A DNA stretch of 44,296 bases, taken from IMG/VR virus record IMGVR_UViG_3300030376_006135, positions 1 through 44,296 of that record; one strand, 5' to 3'. Of this stretch, positions 15,322-24,664 are shown piece by piece. Origin of the DNA: a virus. Taxonomy: Duplodnaviria; Caudoviricetes. Position 1 is the stretch's first letter; every line of letters begins with the position of its first letter. A program made the position numbers and the translations under genes. The notes under the pieces are model-generated. The model saw only the letters and a list, made by a program, of their open reading frames with translations. It made no database searches and was not told the origin of the DNA.

Positions 15322-16799
15322 TGGCTATAAAATACTGGGAAAACTTATTAGAAAAAGATATCGCTTTTGCTATAAATGATGATAAAAAATTAAGAGACGA
15401 ATATAATCAATCTCAGATTCATACTTGTCATTTTGATAAAAGTTGGACTAAAGCAGGAATAGAACAAGGTCTTAATAAAGTTAATGAAAAATTAAGAAGA
15501 AAAAATAAACCTGAAATAGTAATTACTGCTAATAGAATAGGCCGTGCTGTAACTTTATTCCATAAAGAGATTAAAAATGCAAGAGGAAAAACTGTATCTA
15601 TGGCAGGCGTGGATACAAAAGATTTAAATGCACCTGTATTTCCTAAAAGAGACTTTGTTGCTGGAAGAAAAACGTCAAAACCAGGAAGAGTTTTTATAGC
15701 AGAGGAGACTAAAATAGTTGCAGATAATGCTGGCACAGTTTTAAAAATAATAAAAAATGCCAAAACAAAAGTAACTAAGTATTTAGTCAAAAAAGTAGGA
15801 GAAGATGCAAGAGGTGTAATGCAAAATTCTGGACTAGAGTTTGCTCACGGAGAATTTGGATCTAAGTCCTCTCTTGGAGCACTAGAGTTAGGTAAAAGAG
15901 CATTAACAAAAGCAAATAGTCAAGATGGATTGGAAGAATTGCAAAATACTTTTGAAACTGATGGCGTAAAAGCAAATGAGTTTATAAGACAGTATGGAAT
16001 TGCATCCTTAAAAGATTATATACGAGATACTTTGCAAATTAAAATAGGAATTAATGAAAGTGAAGTAGGAGATAAAGCTACTTTTAATGATTCTTTTACA
16101 GTAGAAGCTGCCTTTAAAATACAAGATAAAAATTTTGCAAAGCATTACGATATGCCAGGAATTAGAAAAACTTATTCTGAAGCAGTAAAAAAAGCTTTTA
16201 ACAAAATAAGAGACAAAAAGATTAGTAATCTGCAATATGAAAGTAGTCCAAAAGGGATAGTTAGAGCAAAAAATGCAACTACACGACAAATGGAACTTTC
16301 TTTTCTTAAGTTTTTAAAAAAGAACCCTCAGTTTGCTGTTCTTTCAACTGCAAAGCCTTTAAAGAAAAGCAATAAAAAGACTAGAAAAGTAGTTAATAAT
16401 GAAGGCAAAGGAAAACAAACTGTACGAAAAGGAACAAAAGCTAAAGGAGGATTAGCTAAAGTTGCAACAGGAGCACAGCAAGGACTAAGCCCTATATCCT
16501 TAAGAAATTTAATAAATGCAATGCTTCCCGACGAATTATTAAAACAAATGGGAAGTCCAAGACTTAATAATAGAACTGGTAGATTTAGAAACTCTGCAAA
16601 AGTTACGAATGTTACTTTAGGGAACAGAGGAGGAGTAAATATAGATTATACTTATCAATTAGATCCTTACCAAACATTTGAACCCGGCGGAGCAAGGGGA
16701 AGTACTAATAGAGACCCAAGAAGCCTAATCGGATTAAGTATAAGAGAGATAGCTACAGAGATCATAGGCAAAAAATTAATAAAGACTAGGAGAGTATAA
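15321..16799 (+). CDS. Tail completion/neck protein, T5 p143-like C-terminus with long basic N-terminal part
   Basis: C-terminal LNNRTGRFRNS, PYQTFEPG and RDPRSLIGLSIREIA; T5-like synteny. Confidence 0.65.
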   Translation: MAIKYWENLLEKDIAFAINDDKKLRDEYNQSQIHTCHFDKSWTKAGIEQGLNKVNEKLRRKNKPEIVITANRIGRAVTLFHKEIKNARGKTVSMAGVDTKDLNAPVFPKRDFVAGRKTSKPGRVFIAEETKIVADNAGTVLKIIKNAKTKVTKYLVKKVGEDARGVMQNSGLEFAHGEFGSKSSLGALELGKRALTKANSQDGLEELQNTFETDGVKANEFIRQYGIASLKDYIRDTLQIKIGINESEVGDKATFNDSFTVEAAFKIQDKNFAKHYDMPGIRKTYSEAVKKAFNKIRDKKISNLQYESSPKGIVRAKNATTRQMELSFLKFLKKNPQFAVLSTAKPLKKSNKKTRKVVNNEGKGKQTVRKGTKAKGGLAKVATGAQQGLSPISLRNLINAMLPDELLKQMGSPRLNNRTGRFRNSAKVTNVTLGNRGGVNIDYTYQLDPYQTFEPGGARGSTNRDPRSLIGLSIREIATEIIGKKLIKTRRV

Positions 16800-17248
16800 T
16801 GGCAAAAAGAGATTACACTACACGCAGAAGTGCCATAGTAGATGCTTTCGTAGACAAATTAGAACAAATTAATGGAACAGGTAATTTTAAAACAACTGTT
16901 GCAAGTGTAGAACCAAGACTTAAGTTTTGGGATGAAATCTCAGAGTTTCCCGCAGTGCATGTAAATGCTGGAGGAGAAACAAGAGAGTATGAAGGAGCTG
17001 ACTTTAAGTTTCGTTTTCTTACTTTAACATTTCGTTGTTATGTAAATGAAGATGATGCAGTTCCAGCACTTGAAAAATTACTTGAAGATGTTGAAACAGT
17101 AATTGAAACAAATAATCCAATTACTTATACAGACTCTCTGGGGAGTACTCAATCAACAATACAAACAACTATAAACTCCATTGATACAGACGAAGGAGTT
17201 TTAGAACCTTTTGGAATTGGTGAAATGATTTGCACCATCCAATATTAA
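16799..17248 (+). CDS. Tail terminator protein (T5 p142-like)
   Basis: Size and position before the tail tube; FWDEISEFP and IDTDEGVLEPFG. Confidence 0.75.
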   Translation: MAKRDYTTRRSAIVDAFVDKLEQINGTGNFKTTVASVEPRLKFWDEISEFPAVHVNAGGETREYEGADFKFRFLTLTFRCYVNEDDAVPALEKLLEDVETVIETNNPITYTDSLGSTQSTIQTTINSIDTDEGVLEPFGIGEMICTIQY

Positions 17249-17254
17249 GAAAAC

Positions 17255-17290
17255 GGTAAGGCAGACAAAAGTCTCGCCAACCCCTTTTCA
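17255..17290 (+). terminator. Bulged hairpin before the tail tube gene (weak terminator or mRNA processing/stability element)
   Basis: GGC-AGAC-aaaa-GTCT-c-GCC followed by aacccctttt. Confidence 0.4.
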
Positions 17291-17310
17291 AAGAAAGATA
17301 GGAGTATAAA

Positions 17311-18618
17311 ATGGCTGATACATTTTATTTTAGTCGGGATACCAAAGTTCATCTATCCGATAGTGGTAGTGCAGTATATAACATACCTGTGTTAGATGGA
17401 TTTAGTTTTTCTCAGGCGACAAACGTTACAGAAGTAACACTAAATGAGATGGCAACATCTGCAGGTGTAAGTAGAAGAGCTAGACAAATGTTTACCGATT
17501 CTTATGCACCAGCCGAATGGTCTTTCTCAACATATATTAGACCTTTTAAATCTGCAGGAACAGGCTCTGGTAAACATAGCGCGGCTCACCATCACATGGT
17601 TGAAGAGCCTCTATGGAATGCTTTAGCAGGTAGTGGAGCAATAGGAGCGTCTGGCTCAGCTCTAACAGCAGATGGAACAGATTGTAATATAGCTTTTACT
17701 AACTCAAACAAAGTTGCGTTAGATACCTTTGATTTACATTTTGAAATGGGTAGTGGTAAAGCTAGTCCAACAATTTACAAAATAGAAGGTTGTGTTGTAA
17801 ATGAAGTTTCAATTGATTTTGATATTGACGGAATTGCTACTGCAAACTGGTCAGGATTTGGTAAAATCATAACTGAAGTAACTTCAATGCCAACAGCAAC
17901 ACTTACAGAAGGAACAGCTGCAACAGACACAGGCAACTTTATTAGAAATAGATTAACAGACTTAACTTTAACTAATGATGTTGTAACAGATACAGTCAAT
18001 GGTGCAGTATCAAGTTCTACATCTGTAACTTTAGATAATGGTAGTTCATTAATTAAAGTTGGACAGGTTGTTTCAGGAACTGGAGTAACCGCAGGTACAA
18101 CTGTAGCTGCAATATCAGGTACTACTTTGACACTAAGTGCCGCAATGTCTATCGCAGACGGTGTAACACTTACTTTCTCAAACGTAGGTATGACTGATAC
18201 ATATACATTAACACTAACTGGTGGAAACGTTACTATTGGAAACAATATTACTTTCTTAACACCAGAGACACTAGGCAGCGTTAACCAGCCTTTAGGACAT
18301 GTTACAGGAACTCGTTCTGTATCAGGTAACTTTACTTGTTACTTAAATACTCCTTCATCTGGTGCTTCTAGTGCAGACTTATTTGAGGATATCATTGAGT
18401 CAACTTCAGTAATAACAAATTCATTTGATTTAACATTTACTGTAGGTGGAACAGGTAATACTCCAAGAATGGTTATGAATTTAGATAACTGTCATCTTGA
18501 AGTACCAACACACTCAATTGATGATATTATTAGCTTGGAAACAAACTTCCATGCTTTACCAACCTCAGTTGACGCAAAAGATGAAATAGATTTAGTCTTT
18601 TTCGGTAACACACTATAA
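17311..18618 (+). CDS. Major tail tube protein (T5 pb6-like)
   Basis: VLDGFSFSQ, PAEWSFSTYIRP, VSIDFDIDGIA, TGTRSVSGNFTCYL; strong AGGAG RBS. Confidence 0.85.
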   Translation: MADTFYFSRDTKVHLSDSGSAVYNIPVLDGFSFSQATNVTEVTLNEMATSAGVSRRARQMFTDSYAPAEWSFSTYIRPFKSAGTGSGKHSAAHHHMVEEPLWNALAGSGAIGASGSALTADGTDCNIAFTNSNKVALDTFDLHFEMGSGKASPTIYKIEGCVVNEVSIDFDIDGIATANWSGFGKIITEVTSMPTATLTEGTAATDTGNFIRNRLTDLTLTNDVVTDTVNGAVSSSTSVTLDNGSSLIKVGQVVSGTGVTAGTTVAAISGTTLTLSAAMSIADGVTLTFSNVGMTDTYTLTLTGGNVTIGNNITFLTPETLGSVNQPLGHVTGTRSVSGNFTCYLNTPSSGASSADLFEDIIESTSVITNSFDLTFTVGGTGNTPRMVMNLDNCHLEVPTHSIDDIISLETNFHALPTSVDAKDEIDLVFFGNTL

Positions 18619-18626
18619 TAATTAAC

Positions 18627-18651
18627 AGGGAGGGGCAACCCTCCCTCTTTT
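18627..18651 (+). terminator. Rho-independent terminator after the tail tube gene
   Basis: AGGGAGGG-GCAA-CCCTCCCT-CTTTT, with a GNRA loop. Confidence 0.85.
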
Positions 18652-18664
18652 ACAGGAATTTTTA

Positions 18665-19093
18665 ATGACAGAAGAAAATAAAACAGTATCACTAGCGAGT
18701 TTATTAACTCCAAGCAAAACAGTAACACTAGACTATCCAGGAATGAATGGATTTACAGTTGATGTTTGTTACTTAGCACGTGAAGAATTACTAAAACTTA
18801 GAAATCGTTGTCTTTCTCAAAAATTTAATCGTAAGACTAGAGGATTTGAGGAACAACTAGACGAAGATAAATTTTTAGTAGAGTATGTAAAAGCCGTCAT
18901 AAAGGGATGGAGTGGCTTAAAATATTCTTACTTAGAAGAGCTTCTATTGGTGGATATTAGCGCACAAAACCCCGAAGATGAACTTTCATATAACCAAGAA
19001 AATGCTGAAACTCTTATGAAGAACGCAGCAGATTTTGATACTTGGGTAACTGAAGTCACAGGAGATTTAGAAAATTTTACCAAAGTCAAGTAA
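18665..19093 (+). CDS. Tail assembly chaperone (gpG-like)
   Basis: Lies between tail tube and tape measure; VIKGWSGL motif. Confidence 0.85.
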   Translation: MTEENKTVSLASLLTPSKTVTLDYPGMNGFTVDVCYLAREELLKLRNRCLSQKFNRKTRGFEEQLDEDKFLVEYVKAVIKGWSGLKYSYLEELLLVDISAQNPEDELSYNQENAETLMKNAADFDTWVTEVTGDLENFTKVK

Positions 19094-19500
19094 CAGAAAT
19101 AATAAAGTTACTTGATGAACAGTACAAAGATGGTCAGTTAAACCTTGACACATATTTAGATTTATGTGAACAAAAAGGTATTGATCCTGACCCTAACGAA
19201 ATGCCACCAACTATGGAAGATTATCCTTCTGAAGTTCAGGTGGCTTTTTTATTGCATAACCTTTTACCAGATAGATGGGATGGTATGAGCGGATCATACA
19301 TGGGTAAAGATTATTCATCTCTAGGATTATTACTAGAAACTTGGGATATAGAAAATAAAAAAGACTGTATTTTTTGGATAAAAAATATAGAAGCTAGACA
19401 CGCAGAACAATTAAATAAAGAATTAGAAAGAAAAAGAAAGTCTCGCGAAGCGCAGGCAAAGTCCAAAGGTAAAACTAGTGGAATAAACGTACAAGGTTAA
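19072..19500 (+). CDS. Tail assembly chaperone C-terminal part (gpT-like), reached by -1 frameshift
   Basis: Slippery heptamer A AAT TTT at 19072-78. The -1 frame is open from 19054 to 19500, with YLDLCEQKGIDPDPNEMP reaching the first ATG at 19201. Confidence 0.8.
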   Translation, partial: KFYQSQVTEIIKLLDEQYKDGQLNLDTYLDLCEQKGIDPDPNEMPPTMEDYPSEVQVAFLLHNLLPDRWDGMSGSYMGKDYSSLGLLLETWDIENKKDCIFWIKNIEARHAEQLNKELERKRKSREAQAKSKGKTSGINVQG

Positions 19501-22500
19501 TGGCAGATTTTAAGGTAGTCGGTAAATTAGTAATTGATGATGGCGGACAGCTAAAGGTTGTTGGTGCTTCAGCAAAAAAGACCGCAAAAGAAGTAGATAA
19601 GGTAGGAAAGTCATCTGCAACAGCGGATAGACAATTAAAAGGTGCTGCACAAGCATCTTCCAATGCTTCTAAAAACTTTTCAAAAATGTCTCAAGGTATA
19701 TCAGGCGGACTCGTACCTGCATATGCTACATTAGCTGCTCAGTTATTTGCATTAAGCGCTGTATTCAGAGCTTTACAGGAAGCATCAGACTTTCGTGTAT
19801 TAAATGAAGGTATGAGAGCTTTTGCTGCAAGTACAGGTACAATGGTAAACTCTCTTGCAACTAATCTACAAAAAGCAACAGGATTTCAAATAGACTTTCG
19901 TAATGCAGCACAACAATCACAGATAATGTTAGCAGCTGGTTTTGGTCAAGACCAAATGGCAAGATTAGCAAAAGCAGCAAAAGGAGCCTCAACAGCTCTT
20001 GGTAGAGATTTTGAAGATTCCTTAAATAGATTAGTAAGAGGTGTCACAAAAGCTGAACCAGAACTACTTGACGAATTAGGTATCATACTTAGACTAGAAC
20101 CTGCAACTAAAAAGTATGCTTTGCGTTTAAATAAAACTGCAAAAGACCTTACCACTTTTGAAAAATCACAAGCAGTACTCAATGAAGTACTAGAACAAGC
20201 AGAATCTAAATACGGCTCTGTTGCAGATGCCGTTCCCGTTAACCAATTCAATAAACTTATCGCAACTTTCCGAGATCTAAAAGATGAGGCAATGTTATTT
20301 ATTACTCCTCTTGCAGAGGCACTTGGAGGATTCTTTTCTAATAATATCGGATCAGCTGTTGCTGCTTTAGCACTCTTTGTTACTGGTATAACACGATCAG
20401 TTATTCCAAGTCTTGAGGACATGAATACAAAAATTGAAAATAGTTTTATAGGAAGAATGGGATCAGGCGCAGGAGCAGCTTTTGGAGATGTTCGTCAGGC
20501 TGGAGCAGGTATCGTAGAAGGATTTAGACAAACAAAAACTGCAAGAGCAAATTTAAGAAAACAAGCTTCGGGATTGACAGGTGCAGCAGCACAAAAATCA
20601 ACTTCTATACAAGCACTTCAACAAGGAAAAAATTTAAGTAGACAACAAGCTGCTGGATTAAAAACTGCACTTAAAAACGCAGAGGCACAGTATAAAAAAC
20701 ATGGAAAAATAGTTACAGGTATCTTTGTAGGAGAAGATATTAAAAGAGTAAAATCTTTCAAGAAAACTCTTAAAGTAATGCAAAGTGAAACTTCTCGTTT
20801 TAACAAATTATTTACTGGAAGTATGAAAATTATGACTTCTACTGCAAAAGGATTATTCTTTGGAATGGGAGCTGCATTTAAGGGAGTTATGGCTGGAATG
20901 GCAAAAGTAGCTAGAGGTGGAGCAGTGCTAATTAACAAGGCTCTATCCGCAATAGCTTTTATAGGTATTATAACTCTTATAATTCAGTCTATACAAAGTT
21001 TAAGAAGTAACACCGATAAATTTGTAGAGGGTTTTGCTAAATTTCTGCAAAAATTTGGAGACTTTTTTAATTTTATTGAAGATAAATTAAAAAATATTCC
21101 AGGGCTAAACCTTTTAGGTAAAGCTTTTGGTTTTCTTGGAGATAAAGTAGCGGCGGGCGGAAAGAAACTACAAGATTCTAAATTTTTAGAAAACTTAAAA
21201 ACAGCAAATGATCAAAAAAGAGCAATCAAAGCATTAGCGGAAGATTTTAAAAGTTTAACTTCTAGTATCTCAGATACTACTCAAGAGATTCAAGATTTCT
21301 ATGGAGCAATGCAACTGCAACAAGACAAAACAGGAAGAGGAGCAAGCTTTAGACAACAAGAAGCAATGATTGCAAGTTCTGGAGTAGGATCACAATTTAA
21401 AGACTTTTTAGATTTAAATGCAGTAGCTTTTGCGTCACCTCAAAATGAAGCTGTACAAATACAGGCAAAAGCAGCTAGAGAGGCTATGTTTGGGCCTAAT
21501 GGCTTAATAACAATTCTTGCACAAACAGATGAAAAGTTTAAAGAAATATCTGATTCTGTTGGAAAAACAGGATATGAAGATATTTATCAAATGATTTTAG
21601 GAAGACAAAATGATGCAGGAGCAAACACCGCAGCTTTTAATACTCTAAATAGTACATTAGATGGCTTTGAGAGTAAATTTTCTTCTATATTTCAAAAATC
21701 TGAGCCTATGAAGGATATGATTAAACAAATTGACAATTTAAATCAAATTGTAATGCAAACAGCAAAGGATAAAGATAAAGAAGCTGTAGGAATTATTTAT
21801 AAACGATTATTTGGCGATCCTGGGGAGATGGATGCACAAGCCCAACTTGATGCAATTAATGGAGTTATGGATCAAGTCAAAGAAATAGATAGACTTAATA
21901 GAGAAAGTGCTACAGGACTACTACAGACTCAAGCAGATTCTGCAAGAGTTGGAGGACGAAGTGATGCTGCTTCTCGTTTTGAACAACAAAGAATAAAAAA
22001 TGCAGAATTTAGTGCTAATCTTGATAAACAACGAGCAGCAGTTCTTCAAGCTGAAATTGCATTTAATAATCAAGCAAGTACTTTAAATAAAGAAAATTTA
22101 GAAGATGAAAAGAAAAAATTAGAAATATTGGAACTTCAGTCTGCAGAATATGCTCGCTCAGTATCAGTAGTTGGCAGAATACAAGACACTTTCTCAAAAG
22201 GTATTGAAGATATGTTTGTTAAAATAGCAGAAGGTAGTATGAGTGCAAAAGACGCATTTAAATCTTTAGCAACTTTAGTACTACAAGAGATGGCAAAGAT
22301 AGCCGCGATGAGAATGGCCGCTTCAGTAACTGGATTTATGGGATTTGCACAGGGAGGTATTATACCTGTTCGTGGTATGGCGTCTGGAGGATATACTTCT
22401 GTAGGTACAAAACGTTTTGGTACTGGTGGAATTGCTACTCAGCCTACAATAATGGTTGGAGAGGGCAGACATAATGAAGCAGTAGTTCCTTTACCGGATG

Positions 22501-22697
22501 GCAGATCAATACCTGTGGATATGAGTGGTAGTGGAGCAGGAACAAATAATGTAGTAATCAATGTAGATGCAAGTGGAAATGGTAGCACTACAGGAGACGG
22601 AGAACAAGGAAAACAACTTGGAGTTGCTATACAGGCAGCAGTTATGGAAACAATACAAAGAGAAAAACGCCCAGGTGGTGTACTTAGCGGGAACTAA
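19500..22697 (+). CDS. Tape measure protein
   Basis: 1065 aa, helical; T5 pb2-like GGLVPAYATLAA and EPELLDELGI; C-terminal FAQGG, GEGRHNEAVVPL. Confidence 0.92.
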   Translation: MADFKVVGKLVIDDGGQLKVVGASAKKTAKEVDKVGKSSATADRQLKGAAQASSNASKNFSKMSQGISGGLVPAYATLAAQLFALSAVFRALQEASDFRVLNEGMRAFAASTGTMVNSLATNLQKATGFQIDFRNAAQQSQIMLAAGFGQDQMARLAKAAKGASTALGRDFEDSLNRLVRGVTKAEPELLDELGIILRLEPATKKYALRLNKTAKDLTTFEKSQAVLNEVLEQAESKYGSVADAVPVNQFNKLIATFRDLKDEAMLFITPLAEALGGFFSNNIGSAVAALALFVTGITRSVIPSLEDMNTKIENSFIGRMGSGAGAAFGDVRQAGAGIVEGFRQTKTARANLRKQASGLTGAAAQKSTSIQALQQGKNLSRQQAAGLKTALKNAEAQYKKHGKIVTGIFVGEDIKRVKSFKKTLKVMQSETSRFNKLFTGSMKIMTSTAKGLFFGMGAAFKGVMAGMAKVARGGAVLINKALSAIAFIGIITLIIQSIQSLRSNTDKFVEGFAKFLQKFGDFFNFIEDKLKNIPGLNLLGKAFGFLGDKVAAGGKKLQDSKFLENLKTANDQKRAIKALAEDFKSLTSSISDTTQEIQDFYGAMQLQQDKTGRGASFRQQEAMIASSGVGSQFKDFLDLNAVAFASPQNEAVQIQAKAAREAMFGPNGLITILAQTDEKFKEISDSVGKTGYEDIYQMILGRQNDAGANTAAFNTLNSTLDGFESKFSSIFQKSEPMKDMIKQIDNLNQIVMQTAKDKDKEAVGIIYKRLFGDPGEMDAQAQLDAINGVMDQVKEIDRLNRESATGLLQTQADSARVGGRSDAASRFEQQRIKNAEFSANLDKQRAAVLQAEIAFNNQASTLNKENLEDEKKKLEILELQSAEYARSVSVVGRIQDTFSKGIEDMFVKIAEGSMSAKDAFKSLATLVLQEMAKIAAMRMAASVTGFMGFAQGGIIPVRGMASGGYTSVGTKRFGTGGIATQPTIMVGEGRHNEAVVPLPDGRSIPVDMSGSGAGTNNVVINVDASGNGSTTGDGEQGKQLGVAIQAAVMETIQREKRPGGVLSGN

Positions 22698-22699
22698 TT

Positions 22700-23095
22700 A
22701 TGGCTTTTGGAATAATGCAAAATGATGGATCAAATATTACAGGATTTAGTGCACCTGTACAGCCTGATAAAGGATTACAAAGAACAAGTAAACCAAAAGT
22801 ACATACTATTGCATTTGGAGACGGATACGAACAAAGACTTGCAGATGGAATTAATAATTTAGAACAAAGTATAAGTGTTTCATTTTCTACAAGACCAAAA
22901 GCAGAGATAGATGATCTAGTAGCATTTTTTGAGTCGCTCGGCGGAGTTAGTAAATTTAGATTTGACTTAGAGGATAGTAATGAAGGTTCCAGTACAGAAA
23001 CAATTAAAGTTGTATGCGATACTTGGCAACAAAAATGGGCATATGAAAACTTTTACACTTTAACAGCAACATTTAGAAGAGTTTACGAGGCATGA
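22700..23095 (+). CDS. Distal tail protein (lambda gpM-like)
   Basis: FGDGYEQRLADGIN and LTATFRRVYE. Confidence 0.88.
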   Translation: MAFGIMQNDGSNITGFSAPVQPDKGLQRTSKPKVHTIAFGDGYEQRLADGINNLEQSISVSFSTRPKAEIDDLVAFFESLGGVSKFRFDLEDSNEGSSTETIKVVCDTWQQKWAYENFYTLTATFRRVYEA

Positions 23096-24348
23096 CGGAA
23101 AAAATTGCAATTAAAGAAGTTCAGGCTCTTGAAGAGGAGTCTGGACTAGTTACTCTGTATGAGATAGCTTTAGATGCTACAGGATCTTCACGCGCATATT
23201 TTACTAGAGGAGAAGATACAAGTCTAAGTAATATACAGATGTATGACTTTGATACAAATACACAAGTAAATACTTATGATGCAATTCCATTACAGGCAGA
23301 AGGATTTGAACATAAATCTACAGGAACATCAGCAAGACCAGTTATAACTTTTGCAAACATATTAAGTACTTTTGGCGATGCTCTTGGAAGTTTAACACCT
23401 GATGATCTTATCGGAAAGAAACTTTATAGAAGAAGAACACTTAAAAAATATCTAAAAGATGAAAGTGCCGATCCTGGCTCTGGTAATACTCCGATTGAAT
23501 TCCCACGACAAGTTTACATAATTGATAGAATAGAACAAGAAAATGCACTTGAAATATCTTTTGAACTTACAACACCCTTTGATGTAGAAGGATTAGTACT
23601 ACCGTATAGAGTTGTAGGAAACAATGCTTGTTCATGGGTATATCAAGGAGCATCACCAGATAAATTAAATGCAAATACAGATACAGGTGCATGTACTTGG
23701 TCAAGTGAATCCAAGTTAAAGTTAACAGGTGGCGGAAATGATGGATCATCTGATGTAACTCATACTGTATATGTAAACCAAGATGATGAATATATAATTC
23801 CATCTACAACTACTTTTACCACTTATAGCAGTGGTGCAATTACAAAAGATACTTACTACAAAACAACAACGACTCTTGCTTCAACAGGAGTACAAAGATT
23901 AAATGCCAAAGGCGCGATAGACACATCTGCTGATGGGGGAACAATAAATAATTATTGGCAAGGTACAGCTGCAAACAGCTCACCAGGAACACCTTCTGAT
24001 ACAAATGCACTTTTTGACAGAATAAGAGTACATACTACTTACAGCGCAAGTGCAAATTATTATGCGTATACAGAAGATAGATACAATGATTATGTAGTAT
24101 ATACATCAGGTGGGAAAACGCACTTATGGAAAGCAACCAGAACTCAAACTTCAGGCTCTAATACAGCTCCTGGATTTAATAGCTACTGGGAGCGTGGAGA
24201 TAACTGTGGAAAAAGATTAACATCTTGTGCATGTAGATTTGGGTTTAGACCTATATCTGCTTCTTCAGCTTCTACAGGATCAACCTCAAAAAATAGTCAA
24301 ATACCTTTACCTTTTGGAGGCTTTCCAGGTGCAAGAAAATTTAAGTAA
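23092..24348 (+). CDS. Tail tip protein (lambda gpL-like) with large insertion
   Basis: RRRTLKKYL, ISFELTTPFD, CSWVY, DNCGKRLTSC, LPFGGFPG. Confidence 0.88.
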   Translation: MTEKIAIKEVQALEEESGLVTLYEIALDATGSSRAYFTRGEDTSLSNIQMYDFDTNTQVNTYDAIPLQAEGFEHKSTGTSARPVITFANILSTFGDALGSLTPDDLIGKKLYRRRTLKKYLKDESADPGSGNTPIEFPRQVYIIDRIEQENALEISFELTTPFDVEGLVLPYRVVGNNACSWVYQGASPDKLNANTDTGACTWSSESKLKLTGGGNDGSSDVTHTVYVNQDDEYIIPSTTTFTTYSSGAITKDTYYKTTTTLASTGVQRLNAKGAIDTSADGGTINNYWQGTAANSSPGTPSDTNALFDRIRVHTTYSASANYYAYTEDRYNDYVVYTSGGKTHLWKATRTQTSGSNTAPGFNSYWERGDNCGKRLTSCACRFGFRPISASSASTGSTSKNSQIPLPFGGFPGARKFK

Positions 24349-24664
24349 TTTATTGCCAGAAATATATGAGCATGTTGCTGAAGAAAGTCCACGAGAAGCA
24401 TGTGGACTTGTTGTAGACAGAGGAAACGATTTAGAATATATTCCTCTTGAAAATAAAAGTTCTGAGAAAGAACACTTTGTAATTGACCCAAAGGAATGGG
24501 TCAGGTATTCAATCATTTCAAAAATAAAATTTGTTGTCCATAGTCACTACGGGTCAGATTGTAACCCAAGTGAGCATGACAAGAATGTGTGTAAAACTCT
24601 TGGTGTACCATATTTAATTGTATCGTACCCAGAGAAAGGAGAATTTATTTATGACCCAAGTTAA
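24329..24664 (+). CDS. JAB/MPN-domain tail assembly protein (gpK N-terminal domain only)
   Basis: PREACGL and HSHxxxxxxPSxxD motifs; GGAGG at 24316-20 precedes GTG 24329. Confidence 0.85.
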   Translation: MQENLSNLLPEIYEHVAEESPREACGLVVDRGNDLEYIPLENKSSEKEHFVIDPKEWVRYSIISKIKFVVHSHYGSDCNPSEHDKNVCKTLGVPYLIVSYPEKGEFIYDPS

